Of a DNA stretch of 64,000 nucleotides, positions 11,240 through 24,918 are shown piece by piece. The notes under the pieces are model-generated. The model did no database searches, was not told the DNA's origin, and saw only the letters and a list, made by a program, of their open reading frames with translations. The translations under genes and the position numbers were made by a program. The first letter of the stretch is position 1. Every line of letters starts with the position of its first letter. Source of the stretch: Chiloscyllium plagiosum (taxonomy: Eukaryota); contig NC_057711.1 in assembly GCF_004010195.1 (NCBI RefSeq), forward strand, positions 76,153,817 to 76,217,816, read 5' to 3'.

Positions 11240-14085
11240 AGCAGGAGTAGGCTAATCAGTCCATTGAGTCTGCTCCACAATTCAATGAGATCATGGTTGA
11301 GCTGATAACCCTCAACTCCATTTTCCAACCTTTTCCCAACTACAGCACAGGAACAGCCCCTTTGGCCCACCATGTCAGTGCTGGCCATGATGCCATTCTT
11401 AACTGATCCCATCTGCCTGCCATATGACCCATACCATTCTATTCCCTGCTGATATATGTGTCCATCTAAATGCCTCTTAAACATTGCCAATGTGTCTGCT
11501 TTTACCATCTCCCCTGCATTCAGGCATCTACCATACTCTGTTTAAAAACTTTGAGGAGAAAGTGAGTCCGTGTTGATTCGGTCGTCTGAGATAGAAATAG
11601 AAAGGTCGAGGAAGGGGAGGGAGGAATCTGAGACTGTCCAGGTGAATTTGAGGTCAGGGTGGAAGGTGTTTAAAAACTTCCCTGACACATCTTATTTAAA
11701 CTTTCCTCCTCTCACCTTAAACCTATGACCCTAGTATTTGATGTTTCCATCCTAGGAATAAGACTCTGACTATCCACTTTAATTAGGCCTCTCATAATTT
11801 TATATTAGGTTGCTCCACAGCCTCCAACTCTCTAGTGAAAACAATCCAACCTCACCTTATAGCTAATATACTTCAATCCAGGCAACATCCTGGATTGAAG
11901 TAATTTTGCACCGTCTCCAAAACCTCCACATCCTTCCTACAGTATAGCGACCAGACTGCACACAATACCTGTGGCCTCACTAATGTTTTATACAGCTGCA
12001 ACATGACTTGCCAACTTTTATACTCAATGCCCTGACCAAGGAAGGCAATCCTGCCAAGTACCTTCTTTCCCATCTTATCCCCCTGAATTGCCATTTTCAG
12101 GGAGCTACAGACTTGGACCACAAGATCTCTCCATATATCAATGTTCCTAACAGTCCTGCCATTAACTATGTACTTTCCTCTTGTCTTTGACCTCCCAAAA
12201 TACGTCACCTTATACTTGTACAGATTAAGCTCCATCTACCATTTAGCTGCCCAACTTTCCAAATGATTTATGCCCTGCTGTCTTTTTTGACAACCTTCCT
12301 CATTGTCCTCAACTCCAACAATTGTCGTGTCATCTACAAACTTTCTTGTCAGACCATCTATATTTTCATCCAAATTATTTATATATATTACAAACAACAG
12401 AGGTCCCAGTACTAATCATTGCGAATACCACTGGTCACCGACCTCCAGTCAGAGAAACACCCCTCCACAACTACCCTCTGTCTTCAATGACAAAGGCAAT
12501 TTTATATCCAACTTACTGACTCACCGTGGATTCCATGCAACTTAATCTTCTGGACCAACCTACCATGAGGGACCTTGTTAAGTGTTTTAATAAATTCCAT
12601 GAAGGCTACATCCATTGCCCTACCCTCATCAATCACCTTCGTCACTTCCTCAAAATACTCAATCAAATTTGTGAGAAAAGATCTCCCATATAAAGCCATG
12701 ATGTCTTTCCCTAATAAGTCCATCCTTTCCAAATATAAGTAAATCCTGTCCCTAAGAATCTTCTCAATAATACACTCCCATTGATGTAAGGCTCATCTGC
12801 CTATAATTTCCTGCATTATTCCTGAGTGCACTTCCTAACCAAAGGAACAGGATTGACTACTTTCTGGTCTATTTGGACCTTACCTGTGGCTAAACAGGAT
12901 ACAAAGATCTCAGTCAAGGCCACAGAAATCTCCTCTCTTGCCTCCTTCAGTATCTTTGGTTAGATACCATCAGGCCATGGGGACTTACTTACCTTAATGT
13001 TTTTCAAGACACCCAATACCTCCTCCTATTTAATATCAATATGTTCTAGAACATCAATATACCACACTGTAAACTTATAATGCATGTCCTTCTCCTTGGT
13101 GAATACAATGTGAAATACTCATTAAGGACCTCACACCCACTTCCTCTGGCTCCATGCATAAATTCCATGCTTTGTCTTTGAGTGGACCTATCCCTTCCCT
13201 AGTTACCCTCTTGCTCCTAATATAAAATGCCCTTGTATATCTCTTATTGGTTGAAAGTAGGTCTATCTCAGCTTTGAGTGTACTTAATGACCTAGCCTCA
13301 ACAGCCCTCTGTGGGAAAGAATCAACAGATTCAGAACCTTCTGAGAGCAAAAATATCTCCTCATCTCTGGGTGAAATGTGCGGCCCATTATTCTCAGATC
13401 TCTTTGGTTCCAGAGTCCCCCAACAAGGGAAAATGATCTTTCTGTATCTACCCTGTCAAATCTTCTCTGAATCTTGTACATTTCCACAAGATCAACTTTC
13501 GTTCTTTTATATCTCACCAAGTACTGGCCTAATCTATTCAGCATCTCCTCATAAGACAGTCCCACCATACCTGATATGAATGTGGAGAAGCTTGTCTGGA
13601 CTCCTTCCAATGCCAATCTTGTTTTCTTTAGATAAGGAGCCCAAAACTGTTCATGGTATTCCAGCTGTGGTCTGACTAGTGCCTTGCATAGTTTTAACAA
13701 AATGTTCCTACTTCTATATTCCATTCCTGCTGAAATAAAGTCCAACATTCCATTTGCTTTCAATATTACCTGCTGAACTTGGATTACCTATTAGCTTTCT
13801 TGATTCATGCACTAAGACCCCAATACCAGCTGCTTTATAGCTTTCTGTAGTCTTTCTCCATTTAAATAATACTCAGCACTTCCAATCTTCCCACCAAAGT
13901 GAATAGCATCCCATTCTCCCACATTATATTTCATCTATCAGGTCTTGTTTATCCTGCCATATTCCTCTGCAGATTCTGTGTGTCATCCTCATGATTTGCC
14001 TTCCCACCTATTTTTGTCTCATCTGCAAGTTTACCATAGTACACTCAGTTTCCTCATCCAAGTTATTCATGTATGTTTTAAGTAA
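11240..14085 (-). mobile_element. Nested CR1 LINEs (younger ~11340-13230 inside older 11240-11340 + 13230-14085)
   Basis: Minus-strand ORFs 11873-12235, 12502-12732, 13075-13350 and 13284-13763 all have CR1 ORF2 motifs; two separate 3' UTRs. Confidence 0.85.
11552..11670 (-). mobile_element. Miniature internally deleted Penelope insertion
   Basis: Minus strand NTFHPDLKFTWTVSDSSLPFLDLSISISDDRINTD (Penelope RT) fused to the terminal ttgaggagaaagtgag; 13-bp TSD tgtttaaaaactt at 11539-11551 and 11667-11679. Confidence 0.85.
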
Positions 14086-15086
14086 GTGTGTGCATAACTG
14101 AGGGATCCCACACAGGATAGCTGTTGTTCACTACACAAATAAGATCTTTCTGACTTGGGCACATGAGTCTGATGGCAAGACATCAGTGCTTGATACAAAG
14201 TTGTATTGTAGAATTAAAGATCACTCAGAAATTATGGTTTCTTTCACTTCAATCGTTCCATGCTTCTGGATGGTAAATGTGGCATCAGTTCAACACATTC
14301 ACCATAGCTGACTGTCAAATTCTCCATTGCAGCACATTATAATCGAGGAGAAAATAGCAATATTTTGATGTACATTCACCACAATAGATGTGCATATTAT
14401 ATATTAAGATTTATGATAAACATGGCTGATCTCTTGCCCAATATTTTTGTCATGCAAGTCAGAATTTTGCAATCTTGAATAAATTTCTACTGGATTCAGC
14501 AGTGAGCTGAGCTTGCAAAGCTTTCACAATATCATTGATCTTCTTGAGCTCTTGGATTTGGATACTTTAATCTGATCACTATATGGCAAGAAGTTGGAAA
14601 GAATAACACAAAGAATCCATCGCTACGTTGAATAATATGCACAGTTACCATAATCATTCACAACCTTTGCCTGCCCAGTGAAATGGCAGTAATTGTGCAT
14701 TTGTTATTGTAATCATATAGAATGTATTGAATAAATCAGAGCAAATGCTGGGAAAGAGAAACTTTATCTCACTTTCCTCTTCTATTGATATATTTAAAGA
14801 TATATAGAAATTCAAATATTTCCAATTCCTTCCCATTGCACAAAAATTATAAAATGCAGCAGAGAATTTAATGACTAACTTTTCATCATGCATCTTGTAA
14901 GATACATGCAGTTGACACATGTTCTGCTAGGATCTGCCACAAAACATCCTGTAATACTAGTTTACAGGATTTACTAGTATGAAGTGGTGAAGGATTAACC
15001 ACTATTAAGCCTTCAGCAAAAGAGTATGTACTTGAGTAACAAGAAGTAGTTATTACATAACAGTAAGAAAACAGCTTACAGAGTTT

Positions 15087-15643
15087 AGAGTCATAGAGAT
15101 GTACAACATGGAAACAGACCCTTCGATCCAACCGGTCCATGCCGACCAGATATCCCAAACCAATCTAGACCCACCTGCCAGCACCCAGCCCATATCCCTC
15201 CAAATTCTTCCTATTCATATACCCATCCAAATGCCTCTTAAATGTTACAATTGTACCAGCCTCCACCACTTCCTCTGGCAACTCATTCCATACACATACC
15301 TCCCTCTGCGTGAAAAAGTTGCCTCTTAGGTCTCTTTTATATCTTTCCCCTCTCACCCTAAACCTATGCCCTCTAGTTCTGGACTCCCCCCCCCCAGGGA
15401 AAAGACTTTGTCTATTTATCCTATCTATGCCTCATAATTTTGTAAACTTCTATAAGGTCACCCCTCAGCCTCCGACGTTCCAGGGAAAACAGCCCCAGCC
15501 TGTTCAGCCTCTCCCTATAGCTCAAATCCTCCAACCCTGGCAACATCCTTGTAAATCTTTTCTGAACCCTTTCAAGTTTCACAACATCTTTCCAATAGGA
15601 AGGAGACCAGAATTGCACGCAATATTGGTTAATTACATCAACA
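15087..15643 (-). mobile_element. Young 5'-truncated CR1 LINE
   Basis: ORF 15421-15618 QFWSPSYWKDVVKLERVQKRFTRMLPG; (tctatgac) tail; same subfamily as 17520-20552. Confidence 0.92.
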
Positions 15644-15644
15644 C

Positions 15645-15812
15645 TATATAAGAGACATTGTAAAATAAAAAAAGGGAAAAAAAGTATAACCAGGAGATTA
15701 GAATCTCTTCAGTTCAGGTGACTGACTCCGAGCTGGCTGGCTACAGCAAGTGAACTATGCACAAGTAGATGAATGGTGACTTGGTGACGGGATACCAGCC
15801 TCTGTGCAGTTA
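15645..15812 (+). mobile_element. Probable LTR fragment
   Basis: tatataag box followed by ...tgactccgagctggctgg...ggtgacttggtgacgggataccagcctctgtg, resembling U5 ends of shark Gypsy LTRs. Confidence 0.45.
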
Positions 15813-15845
15813 AAACAAACAGAAAAGAAAAAAAAATTGTTATCT

Positions 15846-16500
15846 TGTGACGGTACTGTGTCTTTAAGAGAGATGTGTTCTGTGCTGTTTCTCTTGCAGA
15901 GAGATGTCACAGTCGTGGCAGAATGCCTTCTTCAGACCAGCAGTTGGTAAACAGCTTGGAGTTATCCTGGGTTTTTTTCTTCTGAATCCGACAAAAGAAT
16001 CATAAATGGGTGGGGTCAGGGCTTACACGGATGCAGGAAGGATTTTAGTTTTGTTTTCAGTTGGTGAGAAGGTTCAGCTGCTGGAACTAGCAGCTACTGC
16101 TCGCTCTCTCTCTGCTGCTGGAGTAAGAAGACTGCATGTGAGAGTGAAACTGTTTTGCTAAATTACCTTAACAAGGATTTGTTTATGGGATATGCTGCCG
16201 AGATTGAAACAGTTGATGATTAGTGGTGATATCATATATTATCTTGTTAAGTATTTCAATAGAGCTAAAGCTATGCCAGTTATTCTTTTTGTTTGTATTG
16301 TAACTGTGTTGTAAGAATAAAGTGTGTTTTGTTTAAAGCCTAGTGGTGGACCAATCAATTTACATCTGGAACACAATGCTTTGCAGTTCTCTTTAAATAA
16401 ATATACAAGTTAGAGTCTAGGCTATCTCCTTCCTCTATCTGGGCGTGGGGATGGGAGGGGAAGGAGGTGGAGGTGATATGGTCTGGTCTGGTCCATAGCA
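15846..16500 (+). mobile_element. Solo LTR (Gypsy-like)
   Basis: TG...CA termini, AATAAA at ~16316, flanks atct/atgt (4-bp TSD with one mismatch); homologous in reverse to 60581-61051. Confidence 0.7.
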
Positions 16501-17519
16501 ATGTCCAAAGAGATCAATGCTACATGCCTGAAGGCTGTAGTGCTAATTAACAACCAACAACAACTGAACGGGCTCCACTCAGAAACAGTTACATAGCTGG
16601 AGGCAGACCTCATTCAAAGCTGAGTTAACTCTTTCAAGCAAACAGCGTTATTCAAAGATTCCTCCAAGTTTTGTTTGTTCCCTTGTTCAACCCAATTTAC
16701 AATTGCTTAAAGAAGTTGGTCAATGACAGATGTCCTCTTAGATGATTGGAATCCTTCCTGAAATTTCAGGCAAATGTGTCTCCTGCTCAGAACCGAACTT
16801 CTGGATAGAATTTCTTTTAGAACTTATAATTTATTTTCATACGCATTTTTAAAATAAGAATACAAAGAAAAGTGTTCTAAGTCACCCTACCATGGTGCCT
16901 ATATTGTCAGAAGTCATGATAAATCATAAATTACAGAATTAAGTAGATATAAGACCAAGCTTATTAGAGTCCATTTGAAGGCTGCCTGTCTCGAAGAAAG
17001 CCAATCCACGATGAGAACATCATGACAGGATGAAAACTGAAATGCCGAGACACCATTCCATTGGGTCAAAAGCCTGAAAAGGAAACCTACTGCAACTTAG
17101 ACGCTTAATGCAACTTCAAAAAACGCTGGGCCATCAGATCATTGGCTACTACCCATGGATAAAACAAAATGCAAAGATGTCGAAACACCAAGCTCGAAGC
17201 ACTCACCAAAGATCAAGATTTGAGCCGGACCACCATCGAGATCACAAACCAGGGGAACTGCTCCAACAGAGACCACTCCACAGGCAAAGACCAATGCACC
17301 GAGAAAGACCCCCACCTTGGACAGCTGGAAACAACCACCACTTAGGAGAAGCTCATGGCTGAAGCTTTTAAAATGAAGGTAAGATGAATTTGAAGTTATC
17401 TATTCTATATTTACTAATTGATAAACCTTAAAAACAGGAAAATAAAGTAGTAAAAGTGATCAGACACAGGGGGGGGGGGATGTGGCACCCAGGGAGATAC
17501 TGAGGAAAAGGTCAATCTG

Positions 17520-20500
17520 AGACTGGTACAGAAGAGAGTCAAACAATCAGGGTAGCAGGGACAAGGTAGGACTAATAAATTAAACTGCATTTATATCAAT
17601 GCAAGGTGCCTAACAGGGAAGGCAGATGAACTCAGGGCATGGTTAGGAACATGGGACTGGGATATCATAGCAATTACAGAAACATGGCTCAGGGATGGAC
17701 AGGACTGGAAGCATAATGTTCCAGGATACAAATGTTACAGGAAGGATAGAAAGGGAGGCAAGAGAGGAGGGGGACTGGCATTTTTGATAAGGGATAGCAT
17801 TACAGCTGTGCTGTAGGAGGATATTCCTGGAAATACATCCAGGGAAGTTATTTGGGTGGAACTGAGAAGTAAGGAAGGGCTGATCACCTTATTGGGATTG
17901 TATTATAGACCCCCTAATAGTCAGAGGGAAACCGAGAAACAAACTTGTAAGGAGATCTGAGCTATCTGTAAGAATAATACGGACGTTATGGTAGGGGATT
18001 TTAACTTTCCAAACATAGACTGGGACTGCCATAGTGTTAAGGGTTTTGATGGAGAGGAATTTATTAAGTGTGTACCAGAAAATTTTCTGATTCAGAATGT
18101 GGAGAGAAGGTGCAAAACTTGACCTACTCTTGGGAAATAAGGCAGGGCAGGTGACTGAGGTGTCAGTGGGGGAGCACTTTGGGGCCAGCGACCATAATTC
18201 TATTAGATTTAAAATAGTGATGGAAAAGGATAGACCAGATCTAAAAGTTGAAGTTCTCAATTGGAAGAAGGCCAATTTTGACGATATTAGGCAAGAACTT
18301 TCAAAAGCTGATTGGGGGCAAATGTTTACAGGTAAAGGGACGGCTGGAAAATGGGAAGCCTTCAGAAATGAGATAACAAGAATCCAGAGAAAGTATATTC
18401 TTGTCAGGGTGAAAGGAAAGGCTGGTAGGTATAGGGAATGCTGGATGACTAAAGAAATTGAGGGTTTGGTTAAGAAAACGGAAGCATATGTCAGGTATAA
18501 ACAGGATAGATGGAGTAAATCCTTAGAAGAGTATAAAGGAAGTCGGAATATATTTAAGAGGGAAATCAGGAGGGCAAAAAGGGGACATGAGATAGCTTTG
18601 GCAAGTAGAATTAAGGAGAATCCAAAAGATTTTTACAAATACATTAAGGACAAAAGGATAACTAAAGAGAGAATAGGGCCCCTCAAACTTCAGCAAGGCG
18701 GCCCTTGTGTGGAGCTGCAGAAAATTGGGGAGATACTAAATGAGTATTTTGCATCAGTATTTACTGTGGAAAAGGATATGGAAGATATAGACTGGAGGGA
18801 AATAGATGATGACACATTGCAAAATGACCATATTACAGAGGGGTAAGTGCTGGATGTCTTGAAACGCATAAAGGTCAATAAATCCCCAGGACCTGATCAG
18901 GTGTAGCCTAAAACTCTGTGGGAAGCTAGAGAGTGATTGCTGGGCCTCTTGCTGAGATATTTGTGTCATCAATAGTCACAGGTAAGGTCCCAGAAGACTG
19001 GAGGTTGGCTAACATAGTGCCACTGTTTAAGAAGGATGATAAGGACAAGCCAGGGAATGATAGATCAGTGAGCCTGACGTCGGTAGTGGGCAAGTTGTTG
19101 GAGGGAATCCTGAGGGACAGGATGTACATGTATTTGGAAAGGCAAGGACTGATTTGGGATAGTCAACATGGCTTTGTGCATGGTAAATCATGTCTCACAA
19201 ACTTGATTGAGTTTTTTGAAGAAGTAACAAAGAAGATTGATGACGGCAGAGTGGTAGATGTGATCTATATGGACTTCAGTAAGACCTTTGACAAGGCTCC
19301 CCCTGGGAGACTGATTAGCAAGGTTAGATCTCATGGAATACAGGGAGAACTAGCCATTTGGATACAGAACTGGCTCAAAGGTAAAAGACAGAGGGTGGTG
19401 GTGGAGTGTTGTTTTTCAGGCCAGAGGCCTGTGACCAGTGGAGTGCCACAAGGATCAGTGCTGGGTCCTCTACTTTTTGTCATTTATATAAATGATTTGG
19501 ATGAAAGTATGAGGTACAGTTAGTAAGTTTGCAGATGACACCAAAATTGGGGGTGTAGTGGACAGCGAAGAGGGTTACCTCAGATTACAACAGGATCTTG
19601 ACCAGATGGGCCAATGAAATATGGGCTGGGTGCTGGCAGGTGGGACTAGATTGGGTTGGGATATCTGATCGGCATGGACGGGTTGGACCTAAGGGTCTGT
19701 TTCCATGCTGTACATCTCTATGACTCTATAAGTGGCAGATGGAGTTAATTCAGATAAATGCGAGGTGCTGCATTTTGGGAAAGCAAATCTTAGTAGGACT
19801 TATGCACTTAATGGTAATGTCCTAGGGAGTGTTGCTGAACAAAGAGACCTTGGAGTGCAGGTTCATAGCTCCTTGAAAGTGGAGTCGCAAGTCGATGGGA
19901 TAGTGAAGAAGGCGTTTGGTATGCTTTCCTTTATTGGTCAGAGTATTGAGTACAGGAGTTGGGAGGTCATGTTGCAGCTGTACAGGAATTTGGTTAGGCC
20001 CTTGTTGGAATATTGCATGCCATTCTGGTCTCCTTCCTATCGGAAAGATGTTGTGAAACTTGAAAGGGTTCAAAAAAGATTTACAAGAATGTTACCAGGG
20101 TTGGAGGATTTGAGCTGAACAGGGTGGGGCAGTTTTCCCTGGAGCGTCGGAGGCTGGGGGGCTGACCTTATAGAGATTTACAAAATTATGAGGTGCATGG
20201 ATAGAATAAATAGACAAAGTCTTTTCCCTGAGTCCAAAACTAGAGGACATAGGTTTAGGGTGAGAGGGGAAAGATATAAAAGAGACCTAAGGGGCAACGT
20301 TTTCACGCAGAGGGTGGTACGTGACATCAAAATTGGAGGTAGTATGGAATGAGCTGCCAGAGGAAGTGATGGAAGCTGGTACAATTGCAACATTTAAGAG
20401 GCATTTGGACGGGTATATGAATAGGAAGGGTTTGGAGGGACATGGCCCGGATATTGGCAGGTGGGACTAGATTGAGTTGGGATTTCTGGTCAGCATGGAT

Positions 20501-20552
20501 GGGTTGGACTAAAGGGTCTGTTTCCATGCTGTACATCTCTATGACTCTATGA
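17520..20552 (+). mobile_element. CR1 LINE with near-complete but disrupted ORF2 (endonuclease + RT)
   Basis: Endonuclease motifs (IIAITETWL, VGDFNFP, SDHN); ORFs 18097-18846, 18933-19523 ([20 protein letters not shown]) and 19732-20118; FADDTK at ~19530; (tctatgac)n tail; several stops and frameshifts. Confidence 0.95.
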
Positions 20553-21502
20553 CCCTAGATAAGCTATGGGCTCCTGGGCTGAGGAGCCTGTGCTGTATGC
20601 TGCTACTCCACCGCCATGTTGGTTCTGGGTAACATAAACATGTTTTGCAAATTTGTGATCAATAAGTTGTAAGGAAACATTATTTTAACTTTCCTTTAAT
20701 CTTAGGTGTTTTCATATCTGACCCAAATAATATCAGATCAACAAGTTGTTATTTTATGCTTTTCAACCAAGGAGTTTTGTCAGCCCATGTTCACCCTTTA
20801 AGAAGCCTTAATTGAATTGGATTCCCAATGACATGGATGAAAAGTATCAAGTTTGATTCAGATGAGTCACCTATTTCCCTGATGAATGGCTGCTGTATTT
20901 TGTCTAAAGAAGTAACATCATCATCTGAAGATATATATTTGAATGGAAGAATTCTTGGGAGTCAAAATTCTTTCTAATGGTTGGTATGAGGTACTGAGTT
21001 ACTTGCGGGTGGAACCAGCATTGCTTCCTTCCTGCACACTTCTTGAAATTTTCACATTTTCTTGCAAAGGGTACGTTCTTGAGAGAGACATGATATTGCT
21101 TTTGTTTGCAAATCCTAGATGCTGAGTCCTAGCATCCAAAGTAAAGAACATTCTTTATATTGGCCAGTCAGGTAATTGTTGGCACTGTATGAAGTTGATA
21201 GGTTCTGATGACTTCTGGAGTAAAGTTGTCCTTCGGTATCTTCCACTTTTCTTCTTGAGGTTTGAACTGTGGTTCCAATTCAATTGCGATGGGTATTAAG
21301 TGAATTTCCATCTATAAGAAGATTTTTGAAATCATAGTTAAGTTTTAATTATTGATAGTATAGAATGAATCTTCTATAAGCTTTTAAATTGCAATGAGTT
21401 GTTGAGAAAATAAAACTTAAAGCTTCTGTCTTTAACTTTTCTTGGGGAAATTTTTTGTTTTCTAATTTGTTAAAGGTATTTTAAGAATCTATGAATTGTA
21501 AA

Positions 21503-21661
21503 CATGATTTGGTGGTGCCGGTGTTGGACTGGCGTGGACAAAATTAAAAATCACACAGCACCAGGTTAGTGCTTCCAAATAAACCTGTTGGACTATAACT
21601 TGGTGTTGTGTGATTTTTAACTTTGTCCACTCCAGTCCAACACCGGCATCTCCAAATTGTG
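21503..21661. mobile_element. Palindromic Penelope-terminus remnant with the centre deleted
   Basis: Inverted arms tttggtggtgccggtgttggactgg...aaaatcacac / gtgtgattttt...ccagtccaacaccggcatctccaaa; same family as 23893, 36119 and 60067. Confidence 0.8.
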
Positions 21662-23892
21662 GTTTTTAACTATTAATTGTAAAGGTACTCTTTCAGTAAA
21701 GCTTTTAAAATAACTTCAATCATTTAAAGTTTATAGAACCTTTTTAAATGGTCATTTCTTCATCAACTTAAGCTTTTGATATAAAGAACGAAGACGGGCA
21801 GGAGTTGAACAGAGGGCAGTAGTGAGAAGTGAGGAGGATCATGGGAGAAGTCAGCTCAAACACCACAACGAAGAAGGAGATGACAAAGCACCTGGTGCTC
21901 CACAGGAGGAATAGCGTGCAACAGAAAGTGGTAGTAAAAAGTAACCAAAAAGAATTCTGGAACAAGGTTTTTCCTTCTTACCAATTGCATATAAATGGGA
22001 GACAAGCAAGAACAGGAGCAGCCATTTTGGAATGGAGCTGTGAGGTCAAAGTACTGGCTCCAGTGGTACTGGCTTCATTGAGGAGGGTGACCAGTATTAG
22101 CTATGGCAAAGTAGATCTTTCCTTTTCTTTAAATCCAATAGTCCTTAGAGGGATACTAATAGCAGTTAGTAGAATAGTATGCTCCTCCTGCGAGATGTGG
22201 AAGATTAGGGATAAGTCAAATGTCATTGACAATGATGTCTGCAGCAAGTTTGTCCACATGCAGCTGCTCTCAGACCACATGGATCAGTTGGAGTGGCAGT
22301 TGGATTCACTGAGGAGTACGCTGGAGGCAGAGGTTTTATCGATAGGCGATTCAGAGGTGTGGTCACACCAAAGTTTCAGCTAGCTAGATGAGTGACAGCC
22401 AGAAGGGGCAGTGCAGGAATCCCCTGTGACTATTCCCCTCTCAAATAAGTATACTGTCTGGATGTTGTTGGGGTGGGGACATGGAAATGGCCTTTCTGGG
22501 GAAGTAGACAGATCAGTGGCACCACAATTGGCTCTGTTGCACAACAGAGAAGGTCAAAGTGCAGAGAAGTGAGAGTAATAGGGGACTGTATAGTCAAGGA
22601 GACAGATAGGAGTTTCTGTAGCTGTGAGACTCCAGGATGGTGTGTGGCCTCCCTGGTGCCAGGGTCAAGATTTTGAGCAGGCATAGGTTATTCTGAAAGG
22701 GGAAAGTAAGCATTCAAAGGTTATAGTTCATATTGGTACCAAAGACATAGGTAGGAAGAGAAATGAGGTCCTACAAAGAGGAATTTAGGGAGTTAGGTAG
22801 AAAGTTGAAAAAGTGGACTACTAGGGTTGTAAACTCAGGATTACTCCCCTTGCCAAATGCTAGTGAGCCTAGAAATAGGAAGTTAATACAATTGAAAGCT
22901 TGGCTAAAGAGCTGATGTAGGGGGGAGGACTTTAGATATATGGATCATTGGGATATGGTGGATCTTTACAGAGCTGGTGTAGGAGGGATCTGTAAAAGAA
23001 GGACAGGTTGTACTTAAACTAAAGGGGCACTAATATCCTTCCAAGGAAATTTGCTAGTACCAGGAAAGAAGGTTTAATCTAGTGTGTCAGGGGCTAGGAA
23101 CCAATGCAGTAGGCAGTGGAGTGATTGAAAAGAGGTGGAGGTTAAGTCAAGTAAGTTTAATTGGAAGAACAGGCAGGACCAGGTTGAAGAACACTGCAGG
23201 GCTGATGGTCTGAAGTGTATTTATTTTCAAGCAAAGCATATAACAGATAAGGCAGATGGGCTTAGACCTTGAATCAGTTCATGTGACTACAATGTTGTAG
23301 CCATTATAGAAACTTGGCTGAGAGAAGGGCAGGACTGAGAGCTCAACTTTCCAGCATTTAGATCTTTCAGATGAGATACAGAGGGATGTAAAAGAGGTGG
23401 GGGAGTTTCCTTATTCTTTAAGGAGAATGTCACAGCTGTACTAAGAGAGGACATCTTGGCAAGTTCATCTGGTGAGGCCACATGGGTAGAACTCAGGAAT
23501 CACTATGATGGGCTTATACTGTAGGCTTCCCAACAGCCAGTGAGCAATGGAGAAACAGATGTGTGGACAGATTATGGAAAGATGTAAAAACAACAAGGTT
23601 GTTACAATGGATGATTTTAACTTTCCCAGTATTAACTGTGGCTCCCTTAGTACCAGTGGTTTAGAGGGCCAGAATTTGTTAGGTGCATCCAGGAAGTTTT
23701 CTTGAAGCAATATGTAAATTGTCCAATTAGAGAAGGGGGTCATACCATACCTTGTGTTGGAGAATGAGCCTGGCCAGGTGATTGAAGTTTCAATGAGGGA
23801 GTATTTTGGAACAATAATCATAATTCCATGTTTTTAAGATAGTTTTGGATAAAGATCAAACTGATCCCTGGGTGAAAGTGCTAAACTGGAGG

Positions 23893-24077
23893 AAGTTAAA
23901 AATCACACAACACCAGGTTATAGTCCAACAGGTTTAATTAGAAGCATTAGCTTTCGGAGTGCTGCTCCTTTATCAGGTGGTTGTGGAGCTTCCAATTAAA
24001 CCTTTTGGACTATAACCTGGTGTTGTGTGATTTTTAACTTTGTACACCCAAGTCCAACACCGGCACCTCCAAATCAT
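23893..24077. mobile_element. Palindromic Penelope-terminus mini-element
   Basis: Inverted arms aaaaatcacacaacaccaggttatagtccaa / ttggactataacctggtgttgtgtgattttt; TSD about aamctggaggaag on both sides; hammerhead core mutated (ctgataa). Confidence 0.85.
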
Positions 24078-24629
24078 AACCTGGAGGAAGGCTAATTACA
24101 ATAGCATAAAGCAAGACTGGAGAAATTAGACTGGGGATGGCTGTGTGAGAGTAAATCCACACCCAACATGTGAGCGCCATTTAAGTCCAGTTGATTAGAG
24201 TTCAGAATGAGCATGTTTGTGAGGATGAAATATAAGGGGGGGGGGCAAAGTTTAGTCAAAAAACAGTCGTTCTGTGTCTAACCTTCCATGCCAACTATCT
24301 TATAAAACACTACACAAATGGCCTTAATAGGGCTGCAAAGGAAATTATTAGGTCATGTGAGTGGGCAAGATTTTGGCAAATGGAGTGTAACATGGGAAAA
24401 TCTGAAATTGTCCGTTTTGGCAGGGAGAATATTATATAATTGCTCTATAGTGTGATCTGGCTGACCAGGTTCATGAATCACAAATGGTATGGGTACAGCA
24501 AGCATTTAGGAATACAAATGGCATGCTGTTACTTATTGCAAGTGGAACAACATCCTTATTCAAGGTAAGATTTCATTGCTTAAAAGCAGAAAGTTTTATT
24601 GATTAATTCCTGGGTGAAGGTGTTATCTA

Positions 24630-24918
24630 CAGTTAGCACTGCTGCCTCACAGCACAAGGGTCCCAGGTTCGATTCCAACCTTGGGTGACTGTTGTGTGGA
24701 GTTTGCACATTCTCCCCGTGTTTGCGTGGGTTTCCTCTGGATACTCCAGTTTCCTCCCACATTCCAAAGATGTGCAGGTCAGGTGAATTGGCCATGCTAA
24801 ATTGTCCATAGTTGTTAGATGCATTAGTCAGAAGGGGGTGGGTTACTCCGGAGGGTCAGTCTGGACTTGTTGGGCCAAAGGGCTGTTTCCACACTGTAGG
24901 GAATGTAATCTAATCTTA
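24630..24918 (+). mobile_element. HE1-type V-SINE
   Basis: gttagcactgctgcctcacag, B-box ggttcgattcc, V-domain-like core, taatctaatc tail. Confidence 0.9.

Noticed and set aside
18097..20118. Long ORFs as an active reverse transcriptase or novel RT system
   Set aside because: Ordinary CR1 ORF2 broken by stops, frameshifts and a self-insertion.
21829..22383. 184-aa ORF as a host gene
   Set aside because: A chance fusion of a purine-rich tract with the CR1 5' region and ORF1 zinc finger; non-ATG start and no supporting exon structure.
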